Below, piece after piece: positions 1-12,298 of a stretch of 64,000 nucleotides of DNA. The stretch is from Trypethelium eluteriae. Lineage: Eukaryota. Where the stretch lies: assembly GCA_051942245.1 (NCBI GenBank), contig JAVECL010000013.1:1-64000 (forward strand). The letters run 5' to 3'. Position 1 is the stretch's first letter, and each line of letters begins with the position of its first letter. The translations under genes were made by a program, and so were the position numbers. The notes beneath the pieces are model-generated. The model made no database searches. It was not told the origin of the DNA and saw only the letters and a list, made by a program, of their open reading frames with translations.

Positions 1-553
1 GGTCGTGTCTGCGTGACGGTTGGTAGGTGGGAGGGTTGGAGAGGAGGAAAGGAGGGATTCAGAGGTTTGGGTTTGACGGAAGAGTCGTGCGTTTGGAAGG
101 AAGAGAGGCGTTATGGATATACCCGGGGATATGTTTTCAAAGACGTGACGAGGGAGCATTGGGTTGGCAGCGCTTGTATGGTCTGTCAAGTCATTTAACA
201 TAGGTCAGGAACAGATAGTTAGTAGCATGATCAATGAAATCCTGATCATGAATTGGTGCCTTCAGGATTACTATCTACTACGGGTAGGTCCGACACACAG
301 TGACTTGTGACGTTCACTAAGCAACCTGAAAGAGCACAGCTTCTTACGGAGATAAACTTTGCTCTCAATTTTAAGCTTCATACGGGAGTTTTGGACAAGC
401 AGCGGCTATTCTATATGCTCCCAACAAACTTTCGGACACTCGATACCCGATGCTCTAAATTTTATACGAGAAGCAGAATGTAATCTTATATCTGTTGCTC
501 TTAATGCAAGCATGCCGAGACTTCATGGTCATTTTACCGTTTCTTCATTTCAT

Positions 554-1836
554 TTACACCTTATGGCCAACATCAGCCAAGCTCAACTTCAAGGAGTCCA
601 GCGCGCGGTCGATGTCATCCCTCTTCGGATCAGTCACGCTGACGCCCATGTGGCCGAACCGGATATACTTGGTCGCAATCTCCTTGTGCAGCCCTGCCGC
701 GAAGATAACGCCGCGCTTCAACAAATTCGGGAGAATTTCCGGAGGTGTGACACCTTCTGGCAAGTACATCGTCGTCATGCCATTGGCCTGATTCTCGGGC
801 TTCGATGCCAGCTGCTTCAGGCCGAGGTCGGTGACGGTCTTTTTGACCTTTTGCGAGGTTGCTCGGTGGACGGCGAACCGTTCAGACAGCGGCTTGGAGA
901 GTATCTGCGTCAGGGCTGTATGCAGGGCATGAATCAGTTGCGGAGACGGAGTAGCAAAGTACGACGCCTTTTTTGCTTCGTAATTTTGCATGACTATGTC
1001 AAATGTGTCAGCTTAGTCAGATTGCTAAGATTTCGGCACACTTAGTGTGGAACTAACTTGGTAGCCAGTTTTGCCAGGACCCAAAATACGATGCGGGCCG
1101 TGTTTTCCTGTCCTTGAATCGCTGAATAGCGCGTCCCGACGCCATGACGATACTGAGACCAGCAGGGCAACCGATAGCTTTTTGGCTTGCAGTGATAACA
1201 GCATCCACTTTCCAATCATCAAATCGGAGCTCCTCACAGCCAACACTGCAGACACCATCTACAATGAGAAGTGTTTCCGGACTGACTCTCTGAACGAGCT
1301 TGGAGAGACCCTCGACTTCACTGAGCACACCGGTAGATGTGTCGACATGCGTAACAGTGATCAGCTTGTACTGTTTTTCTTTCAATGCCTTTTCAATCTC
1401 GTCCAGCTGAGGTCTGTCTCCTATTGGCGCCTTCAATTGAGTCGCTTTGACGCCATAAGTCTCAAAGCAATCTGCGAAAGAATCTGCAAAGTATCCAGTA
1501 TGCAGAACGAGGACTTCGTCACCCTTCTCTGCGAGATTGGCGGCAATTTGGTCCCATCCGAGCGTGCCTGAGCCGGAGATGACGAACGGCTGAGAGGCAG
1601 GGTCACTAGTTTGGAACAGTTTCCGCAGCATGGTGAGGGTTTCTGAAAAGCATTGCACGAAGGGTGGTCCAGTATGAGCTTCACTAAAGATGGCCATCCC
1701 AATTAGCGCAATTTGTGAGATTATTGTATTCGGAGGATCGGAATTACCTGTAGTGACCCATTGATTGCAGCACCTCATCGTCGAACTCTACCGGCCCAGG
1801 TATGAGGAGTGCCGGGTGTGGTGGTTGATTAGACAT
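554..1836 (-). CDS. AGX1: Alanine-glyoxylate aminotransferase (class V PLP-dependent aminotransferase), 3 exons
   Basis: Exons 1836-1748, 1683-1058 and 993-554 are joined by GT-AG introns. Motifs: LLIPGPVEF, SGSGTLGWD, THVDTSTG, VDGVCS, TASQKAIG (PLP lysine), IRFGHMG. Ends GHKV. Confidence 0.93.
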
Positions 1837-2393
1837 TTTGATAGTCTTTTGAACGGATTGTAGACTTTCGTTCTGCTCCGAGCTCCTCAAATGCGGTTTT
1901 CCCAAAGGATCATCGATATCGTCGTCTTTTTCTGACTGGCGCTCGGTGGAAAATGGTGTATTCAACTCAAGGAGGGGTCGCTGCTCTAGGTGTCTCGCGA
2001 TGAGGCTCAAGCGAGGTTTTGCGCGTGGAGCCAGGATGGAAGACGTTGACGCGGCGGGGTAAAGGCGGCGGGCGAAGATTCGGGCGGCCAGGATGCCGGT
2101 ATGATTGGATCTAAGGTAGGTGGTACGTAGCTGCGGAGATCAGAAAGGGACTTTGACGCGTGGGCTTTACAGGACCGCGAATTTATGTTGGGTTGAAGAT
2201 TTTCTCTGCCTGTGTTGACCAGAAACACGCCGGGCGCGCCGGAGCTCCAGAGCAAAGACTTTGCGCCGCTGTCGCATCTCCGCCACTTCAACCTCCACTT
2301 GCTTAGTTCTAGCCTCAACGGTGGACCTCTTCTTTGAAGTGCGATTCTCCTAATTCATGCGCCAGTTTCTGGCGCTGTTATTGGACGGTTGCC

Positions 2394-3156
2394 ATGACTG
2401 CACGGTTGGTCTTGTGCCTGGGTGATCTGTTTGTCCCAGATCGAGCTTCTGTACGTTGGCAGGTTGCGGTATATTTATCACAGCTGACCTTTCCCCTAGG
2501 ATATACCTGCCAAAGTAATTGGAAACACGACTCCATCCACTACAATCTCTTACTTAACATTTCTCAGTTCAAGAAGCTCCTTGCTCCTGGCAAGATTGGT
2601 CAAATCATCTGCCTTGGTAACCTCACCGATAAGGAGACGTACGACTTCCTCCGTGGCATCGCCCCCGATCTGCAGATCGTCAAAGGGGACTTTGACGTCG
2701 AAGCACCGAACCTACCACTGTCCAAAGTTGTGACTCATGGCTCATTACGAATTGGATTCACACATGGCCATACCATCATACCACCCGGGGACTCGGACAG
2801 TCTTCTCATTGCGGCACGTCAGATGGATGTAGACGTTCTCTTCTGGGGGGGCACACACAAGTTTGAGGCTTATGAACTTGAGGGTAAATTTTTCGTAAAT
2901 CCGGGAAGCGCAACCGGGGCAATGACAACGGGCTGGTGGAGCGAAGCAGAAGATCCGACCCCAAGCTTCGTGCTGATGGACGTATGCTCCTCTTTCTCGA
3001 CTGTTCATTACATTCTTCTCAAACTGACACGATCTATAGATTCAGGGCGACGTACTCGTCCTATACGTATACCAACTGCCGAAGGATGCAAATGGGGTAG
3101 AAAACGTTGCGGTCGAAAAGGTTTCATTTCGGAAAAACGCTCAAGGCGGTCAATAG
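2394..3156 (+). CDS. VPS29: Retromer subunit Vps29 (metallophosphoesterase fold), 4 exons including a 15-nt micro-exon
   Basis: MTARLVLCLGDLFVPDRAS / DIPAK (2500-2514) / FKKLLAPGKIGQIICLGNL...GFTHGH...FFVNPGSATGA...PSFVLMD / IQGDVLVLYVYQL. Stop TAG at 3154-3156. Confidence 0.95.
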
Positions 3157-5236
3157 CCCGAGATCTCAGTCTGATGCATTTTCTACGTGACTTGCATCCC
3201 GCGGTAGGGGAGGTCCTCAGTGGCTGACTCTTGCTTGTGACACATCCACCTTGGAGACGGCCCTGGTTCGTGACGACACGGGCTCGGTCGCTCAGGCTAC
3301 TGCCTGACTAGCATTCTCCACGCAGGGCGCCGATGGAGCTACAGCGTCCACAGGCCGTCTCAACCAAGCTCAGGTCCTCGGTTTGATATCTGAAATTTTT
3401 GAAACACATTTAGAAGCCCTTGACTGGACGAAGAGCCTCGATGGTGCTTCGGCAGTAGGATTACTGCGCGCAGAGTATGCTCTAGTACAGACATTCGGAT
3501 TTGAAGGCTTATGTTATGCTAGTCAGCGGATGAATGGAAAGGAAGTCTATCTACGAACTCGCTTGTTTTTCTTGAACTTGCTCGCTAGATTTTGCTGAGT
3601 GTTCTTGGCTACCTGGGTACTCATATGCGATGCATAGATTCGTCGCACCCTACCGTCTACAATTTACATGCAAGGTACGGTGGATGTCGTGACATAGTAG
3701 AATCAGCAGAAAAGGAAGTCGCGGATATCCACAAATATCATTGTATTAGTCAAAACATGTCTTCACGAAACGGTTTCTTCTACTAGCCCAAGTAGTTGAG
3801 TTTAATGAGATCAAGAGAAGGGTATCAAGGCGCGAAGATGTACACAGTCATCCAAGACAGGTTTGGGATCGGATCCGAAACTGTGTCGGACTGTACTCCA
3901 ACTCCCCGTACTATCTTATCGAGCCTATCTGGAATACCAGTGTGTCGGAGCAGCAGCACTGGACTAAGGTTATGGCACGTAGCTATATCAGGAAGTTCTC
4001 TGAGCAACCATTGACTGTCGACCCCTTTTTGGATCCTTGCAGCAAGTACGTCGCTTGTACCCGAGATGCTAGCTTCGGAGAGAGACACCCCATAGTGTGA
4101 TCTCTATGCAGGCCCTCAAGCAATGATGTGCGTTCATAGAGAGGTAATTAGACAAGCGTCTGAATGCAGGCTCGTCAACACTTGCATATGTCGCAAGCAC
4201 TGATGTCAATGACGCTTTCATTAGCATGGGCAGCTGGACAAATGAGCACCCAGCACATCATGAGACCAATAATAATCGCACCAGGGGTGGTAATAAGAAA
4301 TGTCGGCGCTACAATAATTGGGACCACCGTGTATGTAATTTGACCTCTCATATTTCCGTTAAATTCCGAGACTTCCTTGACAAATTCTTCCCTAAGTTTG
4401 AGGACGAGAGCTCATTAAGATATCAAGAGAGGACCTGTTGAAAAATTCCCAAATACCTTTTTTCAGCTCTTTCCAATCCGGAGGGCCCTAGCAAAATATG
4501 GAGCCTTGGGTGCTTGTAATAATATGCCCCGCCGACATTTCTCACTGCCACCCCTGATGATCGGCACCAAGTTGACCGTGCACCCGTGCGATCCTGGGGC
4601 AGGCCACGGGCCCCTTTGCCAGATCGGTTGGCGAGGACCGAGCATTGGGGATTGGACGGATTGGACGCACGCAGGCGCGAATTTTCATCTTCCGCAGTTG
4701 CCTGCATATAATCCCAATCCGGCTCGCCTTAATCTGTTGCTGCGCAAGCTCGACCTCAGCGCCCTGCCCGTTGCCACCAGCACGGTCGAAGCTGGGGGTG
4801 CTGGGGCCTTCTGCGGGATGCGGTCTTTCCCGCAGAGTATCTTGGATGGATGCCAGTACAGTACGGAGTACGGGGTCACGGAGGACCTGATTATGGAGAG
4901 GCAAGAGGGCCTGGACGGTACCTTGCGGTCGCTAGATGGACTAGCGATGTTGGTTGCAAAGTGACGGCCTTTGAGTGATCAGGCCGAAGCCGGCCCCTGC
5001 AGCAGGGCCTGCAGTTCCGGACTGGTTGACCTCGATGCTGCGGCTTGTCGCTTTCTGAAAAGTCGTGTGGAGCGGCTGCCCCATTGCTCTCGCGCTTGGT
5101 GCGGTCGTCGATGGTTCACGCCAGAGCATGCACCCTCACGGATGGAGTATCGAGGGTTCAGGGCTTGCAGAGCCGGTGGCTGCCGCATGTCAGCCGTCTA
5201 TTGGCCCAAGCTACCTGGCTAGTGTCTCGCACGCCC

Positions 5237-5282
5237 CTTGGCCTGCTTGGCCGATGCTTGGCCGATGCTTGGCCGATCCTTG
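5237..5282. repeat. Tandem 11-bp repeat CTTGGCCGATG (3 copies plus partial copies)
   Basis: Read directly: cttggcctg cttggccgatg cttggccgatg cttggccgatc cttg. Confidence 0.9.
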
Positions 5283-5683
5283 CTCCCCGTCTTGTGGCTT
5301 CCCCCACCATCCACCATCCATTCAAAGCCTGCTGCCAGGCCTAGCCTAGATCATTTGCTAAACCAGCCATATATCTCCATCTTCCCCTCATATTATGCTA
5401 TCGTCTCAGAAGACTGGGCCTTGATAACTCGTCCGTTTCCTCTGCTTCTCCACCAGACGTTGCCATTATCATACTCAAGCGGCCCAACACCTCCGTTCCT
5501 CACTCTTCTCTACCATCGTTTCTCGTCTCCACGATCAAATTTCTCTTCTCTACCCTCTTATATCCCCGGCACATCCGGCTCGACCATCAAAGCTGCCATT
5601 TTGAACGCATTCCTTGTCTACTGGGGATCTCAGCTCAAGTTTCACTTCAATCTTCGCCATCTAATTCTTAACACTGTCGAGGC

Positions 5684-6217
5684 ATGTTAGAAGAGATGGA
5701 CTGGTCTCATGACTTTTGCTTGGCCTGTGACAGGCAAACTATGGACGGCGAGACGTATTGCTCTCAGGCTTGTAGACTGGCAGACCTCGAACGTGCTTGC
5801 AGTCTATCACTCTCCTCGACTACCAACTTTCAGAAACCAGCGGCGTCACGGTCAACCTCCCAGAGGAGTCCAACGACTACGAGTAGTGGTTCAGGCTTTC
5901 ATCTGCCTCCCGCTGTAAATTTTGCTGCGTACAAAAGCGGTCACCAAAGCAGCACACAATCGTCTGGCGCAACGATACACAGTCGATCAGCTCACGGCTC
6001 GATGGGGTCCACAGTTCCAGTCCAGGCCTCGACCGCTGGTTCTTTTTCAAGTTCGGAACAACGTCTTACACCCTCTTCTTCTGGCACCTCTCTGTCTTCC
6101 ATGTCATCGTTGGCAAAGGACAGTGTATCCTCCGAGGAGGTCCGTAATGAGCTCCTAGGCTACTACGCTGCCTTTGATCAGACTCGGGACTGGAAGAGAC
6201 GTCGGACACTATTTTAA
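5684..6217 (+). CDS. Ecl1-family (extender of chronological lifespan) zinc-binding protein
   Basis: N-terminal DFCLACDRQT...YCSQACRLAD four-Cys motif, Ser-rich low-complexity body, C-terminal ELLGYYAAFDQTR. The start may be the second ATG (5696). Confidence 0.8.
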   Translation: MLEEMDWSHDFCLACDRQTMDGETYCSQACRLADLERACSLSLSSTTNFQKPAASRSTSQRSPTTTSSGSGFHLPPAVNFAAYKSGHQSSTQSSGATIHSRSAHGSMGSTVPVQASTAGSFSSSEQRLTPSSSGTSLSSMSSLAKDSVSSEEVRNELLGYYAAFDQTRDWKRRRTLF

Positions 6218-9200
6218 AGTACCATCACCTTCGTTGGCAAAGACCACATATTTCAGGCCAACGTCCGATGAAAATTCCCAAAAGACATCAACCGCGGCAA
6301 TGATATTGTCTCATCCGAATCTTTCTTTTCTTCTGCACATGACGCCGTTTACGAACACTTTCTTCACGATCTCCATTTCTCGAATGACTCTTCACACTTA
6401 AAACATCGGAGGCTGTCTATTCTACGGGTTCGGAATATTGCTCCGGCTGTCTTTACTGCAAACCACACTCTTGGCTGGCGTTCACTATGGTGTGGCTTCC
6501 TGTTTCATGTACTCTTGGTGGTGTAAAACTATATCATTGGCGGAAAAAGTTATTGTGCGCGTCGCGCATTGCATGACGCAGCTGCTCAGCAGGGTGTTGG
6601 GCGATTCGGGCATATCGAGGCTGATGGGATAAAGCGTGGATGAATATCCCGACTGATTATGGATAGCAAATTTGGAACTCGCTAAGGCTGTACATCTGTT
6701 CAGGCGGCTTCTGATGCAACTTCTCCGCCGTTCGAGCGGCACGCGAGGCTACCGATCGAAGGTTGGCGTTCCAGGCAACACTTCTTTCGGTGACGTTTCA
6801 GCACACATGCTGGCTACGGTGGAAATTGCCTACAGCCAGCTGATATCATGGATCAGATTACATTGTACAGAAAACATGCAGAACAAATGAGGTGGAAATT
6901 CTACTCTATGTAGCTCAATCTACACAGCCATTGGCAATTAAAAATTGTAACAGATTTTCCTCCCTGGGCAATAATATCTTAATTCCCAAGACAAAGGGCA
7001 CTCAATCTATCAGAGCATGGGGCAAAGCGCCACAAGCGCTTGCGGGAATGGGATTCAAATCCAGTCACCTCGCATTTAGTACCATGTCACAGATCATGGG
7101 GTAATGAGCGTCTGCCCAGGAGAGCACATAGGGAGGACTCAAGTGGTGCAGTGAGGGCCCTAGCAAAGCCATCGGTCTTTGGTTTTGTTCCCGTTTAGTC
7201 AGTATGTTATTTCTCGTACATCCGATACGAACACACTATTCGCATCCTGTGAACAAACACTACCTTTATCCCTGGGATTTTTACTAACAACAATAGTAAG
7301 GGTGTTAGGACGTTATCAGTATTTGAAGATCTCTCCGAGAGGTTACTCTTCTTCAGACCTACGACACCCCCACATTATTGCATGTAGTAGTGAGGCCGAA
7401 TCGACAGCAAGGTGTTGTTTTACGAGCATAATGCAGCGTATTAAATGTATAAGTTTTCCTGGTCCTGTACCGCCACTTCGGTCATCCTGATGATGGCACC
7501 ATAATGCCAGAGGTCGACGCGCCGAAGGATCCATGTCACACTTTATCACCCCACTCGAATTCCCATGAGTTTGGATCCCACGAACAATGAAGCATTTTCC
7601 GAGCCAGTCCAGGCACTCTACCGAGCGTCAGGGCGGCCTTGCAGAGTTTTCTCTCGTCGTGACTTTCGGCATCTCGACAAAGTGGCAATTGTTCCCGCAG
7701 AAGGCCTTCGTGATCTCCACAGCTTGCATCGAAGGCGTGCGTGCGCACGCAAAGGCAAGACAAACAACCTTGCACGATGCGGCTACAGTAGTAGCGCAAA
7801 GAGGGCGACGCAGCTAGTCAGCTACGTACCTGGGCCTGAACTCGCCACCTGTTGTCAACGGAGCATGACCAACCACAGCCATTTCCAAAGCTCGTAGTTC
7901 GATGCTGCGAAAGGACTGTGGGTCCGCAGGGGGCTCCCCAGGTCGCCTCCCAACGGTAAGTTTGCTCGCACGGCCTGCCTTTCAAAGCCTGCATGACTGC
8001 CGGTAGAAAGCTACCAGACAGCTGGCCCGACGCAGCACCCCACGGACGAAAGCAGCTGCACGAAACCAGAGCCCAAAAGTACAGCAAAAAGGAGATGGGT
8101 TCGGTTAGTGGAAAAACCCTCCTTACGGAGTACACGCCAATGGAATCCACTTACGTCGTTGACTTGCAGCTTTCGGAGGGAGCCACAGCCTCCGCGAACC
8201 TCGGCGAAATTTGGTCGAGAGCGAAAAATCCGGCCGTTAATCGCACCAAGCACAAATCCCACGCCAGCCTTTCCCTCTTAAACCCGCCGAGCCCTTTTCT
8301 ATCCCCCCCTAAGGTGCTAATTAGAGATTCTGATGGACGGCGTCTAAACTAAGCGGGCCGAAGCGGACGATGCTAGGCCGACGGGGACATCCGGTCTCTC
8401 GATCGTGACAGTAGCGCTAGACCGGAGATTGCTCGCGTGCGATCCTTTTGTTGTCACTAGTGCTACAGTGCGAAGCCGGCGCGCAACTCCGCGAAAAGCC
8501 AACAAGAAGAAAGGAAAACCAGACGCGGGCGGGCGCGCCCCCACGAAAGGTGCCTGGCTGAAACGGCAGAAGAAGGCAGCAGGGGGAGGGATTCCCCAAA
8601 CAAAGGCGATGATGAAGAGAACCCAATTCCCCGATTCCCGGACCACATTTTTCCCTCTGCTTGCTGCTGCTGCTGGATCGGTACAGCCGAGAATGGCCAG
8701 CTCCCCCAGCACAAGCATGGCAGGGCGGTAATATGGCGTGATGAGAGAGGCTCGAAAATCTCCCATTGCTGTTGGAGCATCGTTCCACGACGTCTGTACA
8801 TGGTACGTGGGCCGGCTGAGGATCTCGGTGCAGATGTCACGGAATTCCCCACGGTCTTAGCGGCCTTGGCCTAGGGACTATCTATTGCCATCTTGGATGT
8901 GAACCATGCTCCTAAGAAGTCGACTTATTGCGCTACTGCCGTTCCTTTGTACGACACGGGAAGACGGATGTAGAAATGTGGAAAGCAGTAAGGTACATCT
9001 CCAAATGCGGTCTTCGAGACTTGCACTACAAACGCCTCAAAGATTTAGGTTCGATTGAAACATGAGCAGATGCATAAATCAGGATGGTCTCCCGTGCTGG
9101 ACTATAGTGTTTGAGCTTCACGTCTGGTCTCCCGCTCCGGCACAACGGATGCACTCTCCAGAACGAAGGAATGCCGAACGAGTTGCCTGACACGTCATGA

Positions 9201-9398
9201 TTAAGATTAAATCTGCAAGACGCGTCTGTTGATGCATCTGCATTGCTCAGCCGTTGTTCGGGCAAAACGTGCGCTTGTGCATGCATACAGGGTTCAAGTT
9301 CGAGAACTGAATGGAGACTCAAGAGGAAAGAATCACGAGGGTTAGTACTTTGGAGGCAAAGGAACGTGAACCTAATTTCAAGTCTCCCGAATAGTCAC

Positions 9399-10696
9399 CT
9401 ATTTTTTCAATGCCTGCTCAGGCTTCTTCTCGAATGCCTTGCACCACTTATCGTATTCCTTGGCGCCTTTTGACATGACGGATTTCATGTCATCTTTCAC
9501 TTCGGTAACTTCCCACTGTTCATCTTCCCAGTTGCCGCCGGCCTGAGACGGGGACCATCCGATGGCCTCCAACGCGTCGGTTTCAGTTGGGGGAACTCCC
9601 GGGCTGGCGAACCGCTTTGCGTCTCGTTCATGACATCTTGAGCCAAGGTACCGCTCAAGGACATCGAGTCTTGGCGAAGGTGCAAAGCTGAGCTTCAGTT
9701 CGTCATCTTTCCCATGCTCACTATTGGTGGATGTCAATCTCTTTGTGGTGGACCTTGAGATCTTTGCTCCCCTAATCGACGAGTACCTGGGCAGTGGTTA
9801 ATCTTTCAGAACTATACGACATCACGCAGAAAACTCACAACCAGACCCCGTCAACTTCGAGAAGACCTCCAAACGGCCAGACGACAGTTGCCAATATGTC
9901 AATTGCAGCTGATACAGGTAGGAGTCCAGTTGCAATGATAGCATCTCTCTGAGCCTTTGATTTGGAGCGAAGCATAGCGTTGATGAACTCGGCACGGATC
10001 TCTTCTTGTGTCCCGGCAACCGATGATGGATAAACAAGGATCATCTCTTCCACACCTACTGTTTTCTTCGTATCCTCCTCTTCGTTTACGCCGTCATCCG
10101 CATGCTTGTCGTCTTTGGAACCGTGATCATCAGAAGAAGCACCGATACGGTTCAAAAACTCCAGATTTGCGCTCTTCGTGTAGGACATAGCCGTGGCGAT
10201 CCCTTTCGTTGCTTTGCTTTTGACCCCTTGCCAGCTCGCCGTCTTGGCCGTGCTTGTTTTTGCAGCTCGAACTTCCTCCTGCCATTTCCGCTGTACCTTA
10301 TGCCTGGACAAGTCAATCTGATGTCAAGTCATGGCAAGGTGAGAGTGCATACACACGCCCTTCCTTTTCCCCTTCAGCGGGCTTTGAGAGCGGAGGTGGC
10401 GGCGGAGTATATATCAAGAATCTCTGGGGAACCGGTGGAGAGGAGGATGAGATATGAAGATGCGGCTTCGGAAAAGGGATCAGGTAAGCTATAAGCTTGT
10501 GGGGATCCCGCGCATAATGAATTGGGTTCGAGGGGTCGTCATCCCCAAAATTCTGGTGTACTCTCTTTGGGGGTGGGGGAGGTTGATAGGACCCGGTTTG
10601 AGGCGCATACGTTGGAGGGGCATAAGCCGGAGGAGCCAAAGGGTTTGTCGATGCTTCGGCATCATGATAGCCTGCAGCTGGTACGTTTTGGTCCAT
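9399..10696 (-). CDS. Fungal hypothetical protein (Pro-rich N-terminus, one hydrophobic segment), 3 exons
   Basis: ORFs 10313-10708, 9835-10311 and 9399-9737 join through GT-AG introns (donors GTATGC, GTGAGT) into one frame: DDPSNPIHYARDPHKLIAYLIPFPKP...HKVQRKWQEEV...AIIATGLLPVSAAIDILATVVWPFGGLLEVDGVWLYSSIRGAK. Confidence 0.75.
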
Positions 10697-11164
10697 CTCG
10701 AATTCCAATGACGGGTTCTACTTTGATAGAAACAAGACGTATAGCAAGCTCTTTCCAACTTTCGGATTCGCAAATAGGGTGCATCCGAAACAATGACGTA
10801 CGGAATGTGGCGTGAGCTCGCTGTGGCGCGCTACCTTAACACATTAAGTTACCCAGCTCTATCTTTATGCGACTCGACCAATCATTATCTGAAACCATTC
10901 TCTGGTACCAACAATCGCGAAGACGTCACCATTCACCAGTTTTGTGACAACGGGCGAACTTCATTCCATCGGAATCTTTAAATCCACGGATTTTGAGACG
11001 AGAATACTGCTGCGCGTTTGTTTAAAGAAGTGTACCTGTCCGCTTTTCGTCTCCAGAACCAAGCTCCTTCCTGCATCTCCCTACCTGAGCTACCTAGGTA
11101 GCCTTTCCATCCCCTACAAACGTACGGAGTATAGGCTACCCGAGTTCACAGACATCCGCGAGAA

Positions 11165-12298
11165 ATGTCCGCCCTCAACAGCCTACTTCGCCTAACCTCC
11201 TATCGCTCGCCATTCCTGAGCACGCTCGTTCCAAGCATTGCATTGTCCTATGGAATCCAGGGACTTGTTGCAGTCCCATCAATTCTTGCCCATTCCGAGC
11301 GCTTTTATGATGCCTCTGGGTCCGTGACATACCTCCTTTGCACGGCTGCTAGCTTATACCTGCCCACCCTTCGAGCTCGGGCCGCTGCAGCTGCGGCTGG
11401 ACAGGCAAAACCAGCTTGGCCAAGTCTCATAGCCAGTCTGACTGGAAATGGGAGTGTCAATGCGTGGAACTGGCGCCAGGTTGCGTTGAGTGCAGCGGTC
11501 TCTCTGTGGGCCATAAGACGTAGGCGCCCCTCGATACCAATTGAAGCTTTGCAGAGTCTAAAGGAGTACCTCCTACCATTTGCGCCCAATAAACTAACAT
11601 TTGCATGCAGTCGGATCCTTTCTCTTCCGAAGGATTTCTTCAGATGGCAAGGATAGTCGCTTCGATTCCATCCGCGATTCAGCTCCCAAATTCGCAGGAG
11701 CATTCTTTGCTCAGGCTACCTGGGTCTCGCTTTGCCTGCTGCCCGTGCTCGCCCTCAACTCCATCCCTGCCACAGCGTTTGCAGCTCTCCCTACTGCCAT
11801 CACAATCACCGATATTGTCGGCCTAGCACTCTACGTAGGCGGAATTAGTTTCGAATCTGTTGCCGACTCTCAAAAGAGTGCATGGGCTCAGGAAAAGAAA
11901 GAGAAGAAACATAGTGAGGAGTTCTTGACGCGAGGTCTTTGGAGCAAAAGCCGACATCCAAACTACTTTGGTGAGAGCACACTGTGGACAGGCATTGCTA
12001 CTACCTCTGCAGGAGTTCTGGCTAGCAGCGTAGGCCAAAGTGCTATAGGTTTGGGTGGTGGAGTGCTGGGTGGATTGTCCGCAGTGACTATGGCCGCGGT
12101 GAGCCCGGCCTTTGTCACCTTTTTACTATTCAAAGTGAGCGGTATACCGCTTTCAGAATCTAAGGTAGGGCGACCTGCGTCTTTGTCATGTCCCCACAGC
12201 TACGCTAACTAATCGGACAGTACGACAAAAGGTTTGGAGATAGGAAGGACTACCAGGAGTGGAAAAAGAACACCCCGATGTTTTTCCCCAAATTATGA
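11165..12298 (+). CDS. DUF1295-family / steroid 5-alpha-reductase-like membrane protein, 3 exons
   Basis: Introns 11520-11610 and 12165-12220. Motifs: SERFYDASGS, DGKDSRFD, ESVADSQK, RGLWSKSRHPNYFGE, VSGIPLSE, YQEWKKNTPMFFPKL. Confidence 0.9.

Noticed and set aside
6995..7075. tRNA-like D-arm and T-loop motifs (CTCAATC...AGAGC, TTCAAATCC)
   Set aside because: The acceptor, anticodon and T stems do not pair; no cloverleaf.
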